Shown here: piece after piece, positions 17,953 through 27,400 of the stretch | Layout of the letters: the number at the start of each line of letters is the position of its first letter | How positions within the stretch are numbered: position 1 is the stretch's first letter | Source: a virus | Taxonomy: Duplodnaviria > Caudoviricetes | Strand: one strand, 5' to 3' | Length of the DNA stretch: 45,394 nt | Virus record (IMG/VR): IMGVR_UViG_3300043036_000147 | Span: 1 to 45,394 of that record | Notes under the pieces: model-generated | The model's input: the letters and a program-made list of their open reading frames with translations, nothing else | The model's database searches: none | What the model was told of the DNA's origin: nothing | Translations under genes and position numbers: made by a program

Positions 17953-18390
17953 ATGCAAATCTGCGACATCTTACTTCGCATCTCGCCATCAGAATCCAGC
18001 AACACGACCATCATTCGCCAAAATGTGACACCGGCAGAGATCGCGGTCCTGCGTCACATGAAGGGTCCAAATTGCGTCAGCTTTAACGGCAACCTTCGTG
18101 AGATTCAGCGCGGCTCAGCCACCGAAGGTCAGCGCCTGCAATCGGTTCACGGCAGCGCATTCACAGAGTTGTTCCCTGGCATGTCACCAACCTTGCCGCT
18201 CTTCTTTGAGCAGGTTGAGTTCGACATCAGCCACATCCCCAACGGCGATCCCTATGTTCCAGCTCCAGACGAAGCGCCGATCTTGGAGGAGGCCATCGTT
18301 GACACCATCTCTCCAGACTTGGCGGTCGCTGAACCCGTCAAGCACAAGGCATCCAAGCGCAACGCCAAGCAGCGCGAAACCTTCGCATAA
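17953..18390 (+). CDS. Virion-module hypothetical protein
   Basis: 145-aa ORF with VTPAEIAVLRHMKG motif, between capsid and adaptor genes. Confidence 0.65.
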   Translation: MQICDILLRISPSESSNTTIIRQNVTPAEIAVLRHMKGPNCVSFNGNLREIQRGSATEGQRLQSVHGSAFTELFPGMSPTLPLFFEQVEFDISHIPNGDPYVPAPDEAPILEEAIVDTISPDLAVAEPVKHKASKRNAKQRETFA

Positions 18391-18396
18391 GCCACC

Positions 18397-19086
18397 ATGA
18401 GAACGAAAACCCTTGACGAAATGGTAGTAATGCTTCGTGCTGAGTGCGGAGAAAGCACGAACGCCAGCATGGGAATCAACTCCGTTGAGGGTCTTCAACA
18501 GGTCATTCGTCGCACCCAGGAAACTCTTTACGATGAGTTCGATTGGCCACAGTTGGTCATTGACACTGACGAGTCTTTGCTGCCGTCTCAAAACACCTAC
18601 ACCATGAACGATGCCATCGACCCGATGCGCATCTTCAAGGTGTGGGTGAAGGACAGCGGCACCTGGGTCGAGATGGAATACGGCATCACGCCGGTTGACT
18701 ACAATGGCTCGGACCCAGAGGAGGGCGAGTCGGAAACTGTTCCAACTAAGTGGCAGTTTCGCGACGAGAACCAATTCGAGGTGTGGCCTGTTCCAGGCAT
18801 TGCTGGCACCATGCGGTTCCGCCACATTCGCACGTTGAAACCACTGCTTGCTGGCACGGATCGCAGCACGCTTGACGCCAACCTGATCGTGTTGTTTTGC
18901 GCTGCTGAACGTCTTGCAACCAAGAAGGATCAGAGCGCACCAATCAAGCTGCAAGCTGCTCAGCGCAAACTGGCATCCATTCGCAACCTGAGCACCCAGA
19001 AGAAGGTGTTTAGCACATACCAACCAATACCCACAGGAGAAAAACTTCCAGAAAATTGGGAGGTCAGGGTTCCACGCACAGCATAG
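18397..19086 (+). CDS. Head-tail adaptor (tail tubular protein A-like)
   Basis: Size, position, and QETLYDEFDWP / FEVWPVP motifs. Confidence 0.7.
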   Translation: MRTKTLDEMVVMLRAECGESTNASMGINSVEGLQQVIRRTQETLYDEFDWPQLVIDTDESLLPSQNTYTMNDAIDPMRIFKVWVKDSGTWVEMEYGITPVDYNGSDPEEGESETVPTKWQFRDENQFEVWPVPGIAGTMRFRHIRTLKPLLAGTDRSTLDANLIVLFCAAERLATKKDQSAPIKLQAAQRKLASIRNLSTQKKVFSTYQPIPTGEKLPENWEVRVPRTA

Positions 19087-19087
19087 C

Positions 19088-20827
19088 ATGCCATACATCC
19101 ACGTCACCAGTTTCAAGGAGGGCCTGGACTCTCGACGCGCACCATTGACAACCACTCAGGGCAGCATGCTTGTGGCTGAAAATGGTCACATCACGCGAGG
19201 TGGAGAGTTCGAGAAGCGCAAAGCATTCGTTCCAACATTTCAGCTTCCATCTGGCAGCTTTGGACTGCATGCAACCAGTTCAAGGCTTTACACTTTTGGC
19301 AGCTCATCTCTTGCGGGTCCGATGCCGCTTGGGGTAACATATCAGCAATTGATTCCTCCTCCAAGTGGTGGTTTATATCCATCAATGACTGAAGTGATTT
19401 CAACTGAGAGCTTCAACGGCTTGCCGTATGTTGTCGCTAGGTATAGCAATGGTAACGTGTATCATTTTTACAATGGAACAAGGGTGACAGACTGGGATGA
19501 TATTGCTCCAAATATTACCAGCTTGGCTACCCTTTGCTCGTCAATGGCCACATTGATCGACGCAGACCCCGAAGTGTCAGCGGCATACTCAGCCGTTGGA
19601 TCGCTTCAAGTTATCACCATCACTGGAAATACTAATAATGATGATTATTCTATCAGCGCAGTGGTAACAAACGATTTTTTTGGAGTGCTTGGGGTTTACT
19701 TGGAAATAGTAGTTACTCAAACCGCAACACCATCCAGGGTTAAAATTGTTGAATTAAGATTTGGGTTGACCGCCGTTGGGTATGATGTGAATGACCGAAT
19801 TACTGTTACCATCAGTGGTCGTCAATACACGCTTACGGGTGCTGCCAGCGGCACTGGTGGCCCCTTGCTTACTTATCGCGGCAAACTTTACACTGGACTT
19901 CAATCGTTGCTTTATTTTAGCAATATCAACAATCCAACAGATTGGTCGAGAGAGGGAGCTGGATTCATCAATATCAGCAATCAGACTGGCGGCGGAGAAA
20001 CATTGACTGGATTGGCACCATACCAATCGTTCATTGCGGTCATGTCTCGCCGCACCACTCAGATTTGGTCAGTTGACCCAGACCCAACGCTAAACCGGCT
20101 GGTTCAGATTCTCTCAAATGTAGGAACGATTGCTCCGCGTAGCGCCATCGGCTTTAGCGAGATCGACGTTTTCTTTCTCAGTGACAGCGGCATTCGCTCA
20201 CTGCGAGCCAGAGATAGTTCAAACTCTGCCATCTCCTATGACGTTGGCACATCCATTGACACCCTGGTGACTCGCCAGATGCGCAATACGGACGAGCAAT
20301 CAATTCTCAGGAGCTGTGGGGCACTTGAGCCTGTTGATGGAAGATACATGTTGGCGATTGGCAATACCATCTTTGTGTATTCGCATTTCCCCTCAAGTGG
20401 CATTAGCGCCTGGAGCACCTACAAAACCGGGTTCAACGTCGAGTGGTTTGCCACGCAAGCCAACAAGCTGTTTGCCCGTAGCGGCAACACGATCTACACC
20501 TACGGTGGCAACGACGGCCAGCAATATGATGACTGCGAGGTCAGCGTTGACCTGTCACTGCTCGACGCTGGAAGGCCACCGCAGAAAAAGACCTGGACGT
20601 CACTTGACATGATTGCCGATGGCACATGGAAGATTGAGGCAAATTTTGAACCAAAGACTTCCAATTTTGATCTGCTCGGGTATATTACCGACCAGAACGT
20701 CAGCACTCCTTCGTTTGCCATGAACGGGGAGGGGACCCACCTCTCACTTAAATTTCGTCATCAATCCAGTGAATACGCCAGACTCTCTGCCGCTATCTGC
20801 CACTTCCGAGGCGGTGATTCCGACTAG
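19088..20827 (+). CDS. Tail nozzle / tail tubular protein B-like
   Basis: FKEGLDSRR, ENGHITRGGEFEKR, beta-rich propeller-like sequence; follows the adaptor. Confidence 0.75.
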   Translation: MPYIHVTSFKEGLDSRRAPLTTTQGSMLVAENGHITRGGEFEKRKAFVPTFQLPSGSFGLHATSSRLYTFGSSSLAGPMPLGVTYQQLIPPPSGGLYPSMTEVISTESFNGLPYVVARYSNGNVYHFYNGTRVTDWDDIAPNITSLATLCSSMATLIDADPEVSAAYSAVGSLQVITITGNTNNDDYSISAVVTNDFFGVLGVYLEIVVTQTATPSRVKIVELRFGLTAVGYDVNDRITVTISGRQYTLTGAASGTGGPLLTYRGKLYTGLQSLLYFSNINNPTDWSREGAGFINISNQTGGGETLTGLAPYQSFIAVMSRRTTQIWSVDPDPTLNRLVQILSNVGTIAPRSAIGFSEIDVFFLSDSGIRSLRARDSSNSAISYDVGTSIDTLVTRQMRNTDEQSILRSCGALEPVDGRYMLAIGNTIFVYSHFPSSGISAWSTYKTGFNVEWFATQANKLFARSGNTIYTYGGNDGQQYDDCEVSVDLSLLDAGRPPQKKTWTSLDMIADGTWKIEANFEPKTSNFDLLGYITDQNVSTPSFAMNGEGTHLSLKFRHQSSEYARLSAAICHFRGGDSD

Positions 20828-20828
20828 G

Positions 20829-21296
20829 ATGTTGCTGGAGGACATTGAGCCGGTGGGACTCGCGCATGTTGTTCACAACATGCGCGAGTCAGATGTGCAT
20901 GAGATTTTTGCGACCACTAACGCGTCGAGTGCGCAGGAATATGTGGACGAGATGATGATGCTGAAAAGGGCTGGTTTGTGCGGTTGGATCGCCAGCCATA
21001 ACGGTGTGCCAATTGCAGCCCTTGGCATCATGCCCATGTGGCACAACGTCGTCAACGTGTGGATGTTTGCCACAGATGACTTTCCAAAGATTGCGCTGCA
21101 ACTGACGCGCTTTGTTCGTCGCAACATGGTTCCAGCCTTAGTGTCTGGCGGCATCCATCGTGCGCAATGCTTTTCAATGAATGGCCATGTGGTGGCCCAA
21201 CGCTGGCTCGAAATCCTCGGAGCCAAGCGAGAAGGAGTTGCCAAAGGTTTTGGCAGCGGCGGAGAGGACTTCACCCTATACTCTTGGACCTTATAA
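20829..21296 (+). CDS. GNAT-fold virion assembly protein (T7 gp13-like position)
   Basis: NMRESDVHEI, VWMFATD and AQRWLEILGAKREG motifs; sits between nozzle and ejection genes. Confidence 0.7.
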   Translation: MLLEDIEPVGLAHVVHNMRESDVHEIFATTNASSAQEYVDEMMMLKRAGLCGWIASHNGVPIAALGIMPMWHNVVNVWMFATDDFPKIALQLTRFVRRNMVPALVSGGIHRAQCFSMNGHVVAQRWLEILGAKREGVAKGFGSGGEDFTLYSWTL

Positions 21297-21299
21297 ATT

Positions 21300-21980
21300 A
21301 TGTGCGGCGGCGGCGGATCAGCAGCAAGAGACTCAGCTCGCGAAAGCGAGCGTCAGTTCAATTTTCAAATGGAGCAGCAAAAACTCGCTGAACAGCGAGA
21401 GGCGCAGCGCCAGCAAAAACTCAAAGAGGGCACGGCCAAGGTGAATTCCTTGTATGACCAATACACCCCGTCCTACTTCGACAACATCAGGAACAACTAC
21501 GTCACACAATATGCGAATCCGCAGATTGCCCAGCAGGAACAACGCGATGCCATGAAGGCACGCTTTGGCCTTGCTCGCAGCGGCATTCTTCAATCTAGCG
21601 CAGCAGCCAAAGAGTTGGCAGACATCTCCCAGGTGTATGGCCAAACTCGCCTGGACGCAGCAAGTCGTGGTCAGCAAATGGCCGAGAACCGACGCGCTGA
21701 CATCGAAAACAATCGACGGTCCACTCTGAATGCACTCCAGGCATCCGAGAACCCAGAGATCGCAGTAGCAAATGCCACACGCTCCCAGGACTCATTTACC
21801 GTGTCTCCTGCTGCTGTCGCCATCACTGACCTTCTTGGCAACGCTGCCAACATGGCTCGACGCGACTACATGGCTGCGCAGGCCGGAGGCAACAGCGGCG
21901 GCATCTTTTCCCCATTCTTTGGTCGAAACCAGGGAGGCCAAGCAGGTGGCCAAGGAACAACCAGAGTTCAACAATCCTAA
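21300..21980 (+). CDS. Internal virion (ejection) protein
   Basis: MCGGGG N-terminus, Q/A-rich helical sequence, synteny. Confidence 0.65.
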   Translation: MCGGGGSAARDSARESERQFNFQMEQQKLAEQREAQRQQKLKEGTAKVNSLYDQYTPSYFDNIRNNYVTQYANPQIAQQEQRDAMKARFGLARSGILQSSAAAKELADISQVYGQTRLDAASRGQQMAENRRADIENNRRSTLNALQASENPEIAVANATRSQDSFTVSPAAVAITDLLGNAANMARRDYMAAQAGGNSGGIFSPFFGRNQGGQAGGQGTTRVQQS

Positions 21981-21986
21981 CCAGCC

Positions 21987-22778
21987 ATGTGTGACTTCGG
22001 AGCATCCGCTTACATCGCGCTAGCTGCGGCAGGCGCTGCCGCCGCAAGTAATGCCATTGCGACAAACCAGAGCAACAAGGCGCAAAGCGCAGCCGTTGCC
22101 GCCGAGTCGCAGAGACAGCAACGCCTTCAGTTTCAGCAGCAGCAATACATCACTCAGCAGGAAGCTGAGAAGGAACAGGCTCGTCAAATGTTCCAAAGCC
22201 TCACACCTGAAATCAGCCAGGAGCGCATGCAGCAGCGCGAGGCCGAAACTGGCACGATGCTTGGTAACACCTACGTTGAATCTGCCGCGCCATCTTACGG
22301 CTCCGATCCAACTCGCGTTGGAGACTCGGTCAGCACAGTTGGAACCCCAACCCAAATGGGGGTTGGCGCTCCCAAGGCACTTGATTCAGCTTTCTCACGG
22401 GAGCTTGCCAGGGTGCTCGGATTCAACACGCAGCAGGCCAATGCTCGCGCCAATATGGACGCTCTTGGCATTGCGCAGAACCGCACCAATCAGGCGCTCC
22501 AACGCGGCACCGAAGGCATCGGTCTGCAAGGGCAATTCATCTCTGGACTCGGTCGTAATGTCCAAGGGATCGGCTCGCTCATGGACGCATCCAGCCGTGA
22601 TGCGGAGGCCCAAATTAAAGGTGCGGCAACCAAGGGCGAAAACTGGAGAACAGCCGCCCAAATCTTTGACCTCATTGGCGCTGGCGCATCATTGGCTGGT
22701 GGTGGTGGCAAAAAAGGAGGCGGCAAGGGAAGCAGCGGCGGCGGAGGAGCTACCGCATCCGCAGCACCAATCAAATAA
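21987..22778 (+). CDS. Internal virion (ejection) protein, gp14-like
   Basis: MCD start followed by a hydrophobic Ala-rich helix, Q-rich coil and Gly-rich C-terminus. Confidence 0.7.
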   Translation: MCDFGASAYIALAAAGAAAASNAIATNQSNKAQSAAVAAESQRQQRLQFQQQQYITQQEAEKEQARQMFQSLTPEISQERMQQREAETGTMLGNTYVESAAPSYGSDPTRVGDSVSTVGTPTQMGVGAPKALDSAFSRELARVLGFNTQQANARANMDALGIAQNRTNQALQRGTEGIGLQGQFISGLGRNVQGIGSLMDASSRDAEAQIKGAATKGENWRTAAQIFDLIGAGASLAGGGGKKGGGKGSSGGGGATASAAPIK

Positions 22779-22783
22779 ATATT

Positions 22784-24403
22784 ATGCCAGACTACACACA
22801 AGATTACATTGCGCGAGGTATTGGGGGAATCACCAACGCCCTCAAAGATGCCATGGACCCGCGCACGCAGATCGCCCTTCAGGCGGCACGTCGCGATGCC
22901 GAATTGCATCCGCTTCGACAGCAAAAATACCAATCAGACATTGATTTGAGCGGCGCTCGGGCTTTAACTGAGGGCGAAAGGATGGAGCTCTACAAGGCGC
23001 AAGCCGGTGATCAAACCATGCGCACTCGTTTTCGAGGCATGCTAGGCGGCGAAGCTGTGCCGCAGTATTTGCCTGATGTATCACCATTGATTGACAATGC
23101 CACCGCTAACTTCAAGGCGGCAGCTCAGTCTTATCCTGGTGCCGCTGCCCATCTTGGCCTAAATCTTGCCGCCCCAACACCAGCGCCAGGAGCAATGGCT
23201 GCGGACGGCTATCAGCAACCCAATGACTTGCTGCCACCTCTCAATGGTCCCGCGCCATTCCCAAGCAATTACAACTACCAGGAATTGGCAAGGATTGCGG
23301 CGGCTACTGCGGATAACCCCAATGCACCTGATTTGATAGAAGCGCTGGCAAGGGCGCAAGCATTGGGTGGTAGCGGCCCCATGACCGAAGATCAAGCGCG
23401 CCGCATAGCGCTTGCCCAAGGCTTGCTACCCAATGTGAACACCGCTGTCACGCCCCAGACTCAAACAGACATTCTGAGCGCCAAGTATGCCAACGCTATG
23501 GCGTTGGGAGATGCCAAAAATCAAACAACTCTTGCGGTGGGAGACGCAAGAAATAAAACCACTATTGCGGCAGCGATGATGAAAGGAGCCAATGGTGGAA
23601 ACGTGAATTTCAGCGAGGGGCAGAAAATGCAAGAAGCCGCACAGCAAACGGTCGATCAATTATATGGCATTGAGCGCGACGAAGCTGGCAACGTAACGAA
23701 CAGGGATCAAGCGATTGTGGCCCAAGCTGAAGCACTTACACGTCGCACAAGGCAATACATTCAATATCAGCAAATGGACCCCATTGGGGCCAGGGCACAG
23801 GCGCAGAAAGACCTGTTTGGTTCGGCGGACCGGGGCAACCCAGCTTACTACAATCAGCCTTCCACCAGTATGCTGCCGAGCTTGTTGGGCGGTCGCGATC
23901 AATACTTTAGCGCGAAGAACGTCAACCAAGACGCTACGGGTGATGTGGACCGAACTGGCTCAGCCGACCTGAACGGACCAAGCACTTCCCGTGATGCCAT
24001 GTTCGGCGAAAAGCTCGGGGTTGCCGGTCAACAGCAGCCCGCTGTGCTCCCGCCGATGCTTCCAGGTTTGGCAAGAAATCCGACTAATGAGTTTGCCCTG
24101 AGGCCGAGCAATAAAGAGGTGGAACAGCGCAAAAAGGACCAATCTGAAATGGCTGATCTTCAAGCGCAGGTGGCTCAAATTGAAACAAGCGTCAGGGCTG
24201 GAAAGGTAAAGCCTGGGCTTATGGAGTTCCAATGGAGTGACGAGCCAATGCCAAATCAAACCATTGACCTTAATAGCAACCCTGACGCTCGCAACAAGCT
24301 GATTGTGAAGCGAAAGAACCTGCTGGATAAGATCAACGCCCTGCAAAGTAAGATTGGCATCGCGCCCTCAATGGGCGATATTCAGAGTCTTTACGCTCCA
24401 TAA
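22784..24403 (+). CDS. Internal virion (ejection) protein
   Basis: 539-aa A/Q-rich protein in the ejectosome position. Confidence 0.6.
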   Translation: MPDYTQDYIARGIGGITNALKDAMDPRTQIALQAARRDAELHPLRQQKYQSDIDLSGARALTEGERMELYKAQAGDQTMRTRFRGMLGGEAVPQYLPDVSPLIDNATANFKAAAQSYPGAAAHLGLNLAAPTPAPGAMAADGYQQPNDLLPPLNGPAPFPSNYNYQELARIAAATADNPNAPDLIEALARAQALGGSGPMTEDQARRIALAQGLLPNVNTAVTPQTQTDILSAKYANAMALGDAKNQTTLAVGDARNKTTIAAAMMKGANGGNVNFSEGQKMQEAAQQTVDQLYGIERDEAGNVTNRDQAIVAQAEALTRRTRQYIQYQQMDPIGARAQAQKDLFGSADRGNPAYYNQPSTSMLPSLLGGRDQYFSAKNVNQDATGDVDRTGSADLNGPSTSRDAMFGEKLGVAGQQQPAVLPPMLPGLARNPTNEFALRPSNKEVEQRKKDQSEMADLQAQVAQIETSVRAGKVKPGLMEFQWSDEPMPNQTIDLNSNPDARNKLIVKRKNLLDKINALQSKIGIAPSMGDIQSLYAP

Positions 24404-27400
24404 TGAATCTCTCCGACCAAGACCTTGACAGGGCACTCCTCAATGCTCACACAGCAGGTGACCGCGCTGCCGCTACAGCCTTTGCCCAAGAGCGCCGCAA
24501 GCGTCAGGCTTCCCCACTAGGGGCAGAACTAGCTGCCTCCATGCGAGTCCCTGAACCACAGGGCTTCATGGAGGACAGCGGCATCAACGCCTTTGGTCGC
24601 GCTGTTCGCGAAAACATTGGTGGTGCTGCCGGTGCTGCCGCTGGTAGTGCTGCTGGCCTCAAGGGTGGCTTGGCCTTTGGTAATCTGCTGCCATTGCCTC
24701 CAGGCATTGGTGCAGCAGTTGGCGGTGGCATCGGGGCCATTGGTGGTGGCTTTGCCGGTGCCATGTTTGGCGGTCAGGCGCAACAAGCGGTGTATCCCAC
24801 CAGCGAAGACACGCGGAGGATTCTGGAGGCTGACGCACAGAAGTCTCCAGTCATGAGCACGGCTGGAAATCTCTTGCCATACTTGGCAACCTTGAAAATT
24901 TCACCGGGCAACCTTGGCACGGCTTTCACAAAGATCACGCCGCAGATGACTGCGGCTGAGACCAGCGCTATCGTTGGTAATCGCGTTGGCACCGCCCTTG
25001 GCGCTGGCCTTGGCGGCATCAGTGAGGTGGCGGTTCCAATGATCAGAGGTCAAGAAGTAAGTCCAGAAAGAGTTCTTCTTGGCGCTGCGGCGGGTGGCTT
25101 GTTTACTGAGCCAAATAAAGTTGGTAGGTTCCTTGGATTCCCCACTTCCCCTACGCTACGGCAGGTTCAAGCTGGCCAAATAGCAGCGTCAATGCCAACG
25201 CCGGACGTCGCTGCGACAGGGATTCCAACGCAGGCATCACCGCAACCAAACCCGATTGCTCCAGGGGTAGCCGTCAACACGGAGACCGGCATGGTGCAGA
25301 TGTCTCCAGAAATCAACGTGGATCAGGTAATCGGACCACGCGCAGTTGGATTCCCAGAAGCCGGAGTCGTGCCGGTGGACGACATATCCATGTTCTTCCG
25401 GCCACCCGTAGCCATTGACACACCAGCACCATTGGCATTGCCAGAGAATGCCACAAGCGGCATGCCGACGCCGCCAGCATTGCCAGAGTCTTCGCCCAAT
25501 AGCATGCGGGCCAGAATGGGCCAAGAACAGGCCGTTGAAATGCAGCAGCAGATCGAGCGGCTCCAGGCTCGCCGTGATGACATGGTTGCTCGCAAGGCTG
25601 ACCCCAAAGCCATCAAGCAAATCGAGAAGCAGCTCAAGGCTCGCGAGCAGGCCATGATGAGATTGGAGTTTGACTCAACCATCATTGCGCCACCAGTGGA
25701 GCAGGCCCCTCGTTCCATCGTGGAAAGGAATGCGATGGCGACACCGCCGCAATCGCGCCAGATCGTGCCAGAAATCCAGCCAACTCCGGTGCCTGTGCCT
25801 GAGCCGGTGCGTCAAGTGCCGCCTGCTGAAGCCAGCGCCAATGTAATTGCTGCTTCCATGGCGGCAGACGACCGTCTCCGCCAATCCCCAATGGGGGCAT
25901 CTGCGTTGCGTGAGCAAATGGCCGCAGCTCCTCAAGAGCGACCAGTTGATCCACGCATGGCAGCCAGGGCATCGGGTGAAGATGTCATTGGTCGCGGTGA
26001 TCGACCTGCATTCATGTCTGCTGACGCCATACAGCAGGCAAAGCTGGCGCAGGAATCCGTGTCGCAATCGCCAGTCGGAGCCGCAGGTTTGCGCGATCAG
26101 TTGAGTGCGCAATCGGAGAAGGTGAACACGATCCCAGAAGACCTCGCTCGCGCCAGGGCCAACATGGCAAAAGGCGGCAAGGAGGCCGAGCGAGTCAGGG
26201 ATAGCACTGAGCCGGTCGCCGCCTTCCGCCAAGCCAACGGTGAGCTGAAGATGTATGACGGCCATCATCGTCTCGTCAATGCGATCGACTCAGGCGCTGA
26301 GACGCTACCTGTCAATATTGACGGCGAGGGCGTCAAGAACATTCCAATTTCAGCATTTGTTGAAACGCCACCAAAGGCTGAACCGGTGCCAGCTCGCGCA
26401 GAGGTGCAGCCACAACTAATCACTCCGCGAGGAGAAGTGCCGACGACCGCTACCGAAGGCCAGCCCATGCCGGGAGGCAGCGGCAAGGCTCGGGATGCCA
26501 CTAAACCAGAGCAGATGACTCCGAATGAGCTGAAGGCATTCAGGAAAGCTGAAGCTGTGAGCATGGCTCAAGAGTCACTTTTGCGCGCAAAGTCTGGAGT
26601 AGAGGCTCCCAATGTGTTCACTAACGGCTTTAAGTCAAAAGCGGCAATGGTTCGCTCCCGTGAAACTGGCCTCCAAAACGCAATGGCTGCAATCCCTGAG
26701 GCCAACGTGTATGAAACAGTGGTTAATGCGGCTAACAATCAACGACCAGTATTAGCCCAACTTGTTGAATCGCTAAGTGATAAAGATACTGTTTTTGGAG
26801 CAGGTCCAACAGGTGAGCCCGGAGGAACATCTCCTTCTTTGCGCAAGCAGCTTATTGAAAACCTAAGCTCTAAGGGCTACGTCAAGCAAGGCGACCTCTA
26901 TGTGTTTCAACCGGCGAAGTCAGCCGAGGCACCAGCAGCAAGGCCAACGGAAGTTGAATTGACACCCTCGACAGTTGGCGTCAGTGTGGATAAAATACCA
27001 AATGCACAACAGGTCACACCAGTTACTTCACCATCACGTCAACCCAATGAGATATTGCAAGCTCCGGCTGCGACGGATGTTTCGAGAGGGGAGACTGTTA
27101 ATGCTGACTCTGCCATCAGCCCTAGCTTGGTGGATGCACCAGAAATAACCTCATTGCGCAAGCAACTTGAGAAGCTTGACGAGGACATCATTAGCGCCAA
27201 GGAAGACGGCGATGAGTATGGTGCCAAGGGTCTTGAGCTTGCGCGTCGTCGCGTTCAGGACAAGCTGAATGAAGCGTTAAACCCACAGACTCCAAAGTCC
27301 GTGGCTGACAAGATTCGCGCCATGAAGGTAAAGCCAGGATCAAAGGGTCAGGTTAGCCTGCCGCTATTTGGCCTGGATGATGTCACAATGCGTCGAGCTT

